This document shows positions 60,648 through 64,000 of a DNA stretch of 64,000 bases, one piece after another. The stretch covers positions 7,120,029 through 7,184,028 of the forward strand of contig SMSO01000014.1 of NCBI GenBank assembly GCA_004764695.1, given 5' to 3'. The notes beneath the pieces are model-generated. The model had not been told where the DNA came from. It did no database searches and was given only the letters and a program-made list of their open reading frames with translations. A program made the translations under genes and the position numbers. The DNA comes from Schizochytrium sp. TIO01 (Eukaryota > Protista > Bigyra: Labyrinthulomycetes). Every line of letters begins with the position of its first letter. Within the stretch, counting starts at the first letter, position 1.

Positions 60648-63600
60648 TCATTCCAATCCAAAGTTTGCGCCAACAATATCTGGTGTTAGCAAAGGTGACA
60701 ATAAGTCTTTCAGAACGAGTCGAAGATTTCTATCCTGAATTTGTGCATTCCAGTACTCACGCAAACGTTCTGCGCGGAGCAACTGCCACGCCTTACGAAC
60801 CTGCTCAAATGAAACAGCGAAAAATGGATCTTGCCCAATTCTTCTTGAACAGGTTCTCACATGATCATGACAAGCATCTTCATCCTTAGAACTGTAGCCA
60901 AGACACCAAGCGCAGAAGTAATGACCCAAAATCTCATTACCACACTCTACAGCACAACAACCGTCAAATCTATATACAAAAGCATCGCAGTTATTGCAGT
61001 TCGGACAACATGTGCTCATAATATTCTCTTGAATATGAAGTAAATGTCGCTGTGCGTCACTGTTCTGTTCACCTGCACGTAGAACTTGTGCTATGCGCCT
61101 TTAGATCTCCTTCTCCGCCCAAACTGCTGCTTCATTTTCTGCCTTCATCTTCGCAATCAACAATAGGTGATTCAAAGCAGTTGGTGCAAGACGGGTGATT
61201 TCTTGACCTGATATCCTTCCACTACATTCAGGTTTCATGCATGCCATTGTTCCATCAGCATCCAATCTTACGTTAGCAAGTGGTTGTGCCGCCGCTTCTA
61301 CTGCAGTTTCGATACAGTCTCTGCAAAGAAAGTCTCCCTCCTCGCAGCTTGTGCCCTCAGAAAGCAGATGCTTCTCCATACATACTAGACATATCTTGAC
61401 AGGGATCTTAGGAGCTCCAAAAGCTTCATGTTGAAGTGCTTGGCGAGCGGTTGGACGCTGCCTAGGGTCTGTTGCTGTAAGAGCATCGATAAGTTTCTGC
61501 ATTGCAGCGGTTCGCTCAGTAGGATACAGCTCCTTTAAGCTTATGCCCACAGAGTACATGTCCATCGCTGTTTCAAACTTATCTACAGGCCTATTCTGCA
61601 ACTCGGGGGCAACGTACTGTGGTGTTGCCTGAAGTGATGTGTAATTTGCATTGTAGTCTGCATTCTTGATGCCGTCAATGTCGCCGATCAATGGTGTCCC
61701 GTTGCTTGTGAGGAAAATGTTTTCTGGTTTGATGTCACAATGCACAATGCCGTGGGTATGCAAATCCGCCACGCCGATGAGCAGGCCCACAGCAAGTCGG
61801 TCGCGTGCTGCTTTGCCTTCGCTAGGATGACTCTCAATCCACTTGGCAAGGTCACCTTGCTCATAGAAAGGCATGACAATACAACCACGTGGTTCTCCAT
61901 TAGAAGTATCCACAAAAGCGCCAGTGATACGTATCACGTGCTGAGACACCACGTTTCCCATATTTGCAGCTTGCCTGTAAAAGGCTTTGGATTGACTTGG
62001 ATGCCCAAGCTGAAACTCTTTGAGAACCATAGTTTTACCGTCTCCATCCAATACTTTCTGGGCTCTCTTGCCAACTCTGGAAGCAAGGGGCTCGCCGACA
62101 GGCTTGAAGTCTGCGACTGTGACATTCGCCAACCAAAGGTCTGAACATGCTACTTCAAAAACACCCTCTGCACTTACGTGAAGCCTTTCCTGCCAGGCTC
62201 TATCTTGCAGCAACTCTGGATAATGTTCCTGCGCGTGTTGCAGAGTCTCAGCTAGCTTATGACGAAAAGCTTTGCTAAGATCGATAGGGTTGCCTTGAGA
62301 GAGAATGAGCTCTTGCTTTTTGATACGATTTCTAAAATATGCTTGATCTTCCTCATCTAATTCCTCTATTTCAAGTTCTTCTTTGGCTCTCTTCAAAATT
62401 TCTGTGGCTTTCCTCGACTTGTCAAGTTTCTGGTATAATTCTTCAACATCTGAGACAGAATGTTCTTTCAAACCCAGTACTACATAGTCATATAGATTAG
62501 AGAGCTCTTTTGGTGTGTAATTACTCGCGTCATTCAACGTAGCACTCTCAGAGTATCCTTCAAATCGAGCAAATGTTGAACTTATTGCGCAAAGTATCTT
62601 GGACAAATGGGCACTAAGAGTATCTTCATGGAGGACTTCGAGCTCTTCCTTGAGAGCACTCTCAAGTTCAGATAACTCGGGTTCTAGCTCCATGGCCTGC
62701 TCAGGTGTTCTCAGGGCAACCGATAATCCATCACCAAGTTCTAGCTCAGACAATCGAGAGGTAACGCGCTTTATAGCTTGTTGGCTTCGTTCGCCAATAT
62801 TGTTGGGTCGGCCTTCTCCACTCCTCTCGTACCCTTCCCTGCATTGGACAGCCTGAGCAATGAGTTCTTGGCACTGTTTGAAGTCATCTGTGCTGGTCTC
62901 TTCATCGACTGGAGCAAGGTTGATGTTTAAATCGTTTACCAAACTTTCAACTTTCACTTTGAATTCTCGCACTGCGCTCTCATCACTTTCGCAAAGGTTG
63001 GCACGAACCCATGGGTACACTACCTGCAGAAGTGAATGCAGGCGACATCGTTCGGCATTCCGCTTTTCGATGAGACTGGGCAAGCCATCAGCAGAGCTTG
63101 CACGAATCTGGCCTTGTAGCGCGTCAAGACTCTCTTTGGAGTTCTTGATGTCAGCGGAAACCTGTCGCAACTTCACTTGGCCAAAGTAGCCCTGAATCGC
63201 CGATCCTACGAATTCCTCAAGCAAGGCAATCCCAGTTTGCAGGGAGTTTCCTCTGACCCCGCCTCGATCCGCGCGCAAGTCTGAGACTTTCTTGGCAAGC
63301 TGCACCACATCAGCGAAACTCACACTCGCTCCATCCGGCCGTTCTCTGAGGCGAACAAGAAGACGTAAGCAAACCAGCAAAAAACGAGGTTGAAGCAGTA
63401 ATAAAGGCAGAAGCAAAAGTTAGGATTCCCTATATCTCAATAACACAATTCGAATAATTACACGATCCCAAACAAAGACTGACCGCATGAACTTACCCAG
63501 ATCCATCCAAAGTAGCAAGCCCGGCGCCATCAACGCCGTCTTGCTCGTTCTTGGGCTCTGCAGAAGGCTTGCTTTCTGCCGACTCTATGGAGGCACAGGA

Positions 63601-63944
63601 ATCGGTGTCTGACGAGGAATCGGCAATCTCCTCTCTAGGAGAATCCTCAGAATAGTCCGGATCCATCTCATCTTCATAAAAACAACTGCGGCGTTTTGTA
63701 AACGAATGTGAATAAACGAAAGAAGAGAATAAAAGCGTCTGTCAGAAAAACGATGAAAGCATGTAAAGACGGCCTCGCAAGTCCATGGAGACATGGAGAG
63801 AACCAGCGAAGGCAAGGCTCTGCGCAAGCTGAGAACAGCAGCAGAGGCAACGAAACTTACTAGATACTAACAGACGGACATGTTTTTCTCAGAGACTTTG
63901 CGACGGCCTTTGCGCCCTCACCGCCAATGTTGTTTTGCCAAAGA
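60648..63944 (-). CDS. LRR - coiled-coil - Ser/Thr kinase - RING/RBR-like protein (5' end outside window; one in-frame TAA at 61101-61103)
   Basis: 84-nt LRR exon 63944-63861 (LWQNNIGGEGAKAVAKSLRKTCPSVSI), acidic exon 63685-63497, large exon from 63345; all GTAAGT/CAG phase-2 junctions. Kinase VLKEF, HCDIKPENI, TPQYVAPE, DMYSVG and RPTA. Cys-rich CLVC...CRDC...CMKPEC, then in the same frame after the TAA, CPNC...FDGCCAVEC...FCAWC. Confidence 0.8.
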
Positions 63945-64000
63945 CTGTGCGTATAAATGAATAAGTTTGTTTTGTTCATTCGTTGTCAGAGTAGACAGGT

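Noticed and set aside
54893-61103. Stop-codon reassignment suggested by in-frame TAA/TAG in two kinase genes
   Set aside because: Intact genes in the window terminate normally at TAA (e.g. ACAD11 directly after SKL) and have no internal stops.

Overview
Eukaryotic genomic DNA. The 18S rRNA reads as a thraustochytrid stramenopile (Aurantiochytrium-like; recognised from memory, not searched). Left part: a higher-order tandem repeat upstream of an acidic-repeat protein, two adjacent peroxisomal fatty-acid genes ending in SKL, a bacterial-type RlmJ methyltransferase, tRNA-Gly, two divergent nuclease-fold+kinase paralogues and a Fic protein with a variant motif. Centre: 5S rRNA, a ~7 kb array of ~345-386 bp repeats, then one complete 18S-5.8S-28S rDNA unit. 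Right part: tRNA-His, tRNA-Arg, a deleted tRNA-Leu relic, a second 5S, a solo LTR with a target-site duplication, a third (broken) nuclease-kinase gene, a decayed Ty1/copia element and an LRR-kinase-RING gene running off the window. Main result: the central array is a hidden spliced gene that the ORF track misses. A start exon, 19 stop-free 84-nt phase-2 exons (one 28-aa RI/NLRC3-type leucine-rich repeat each) and a terminal exon join into a 659-aa ORF. Variation concentrates in the codons for the exposed beta-strand/loop, while the scaffold codons and introns are homogenised. This looks like a shufflable, diversifying receptor locus. The LRR-kinase-RING gene at the right edge uses the same exon format.
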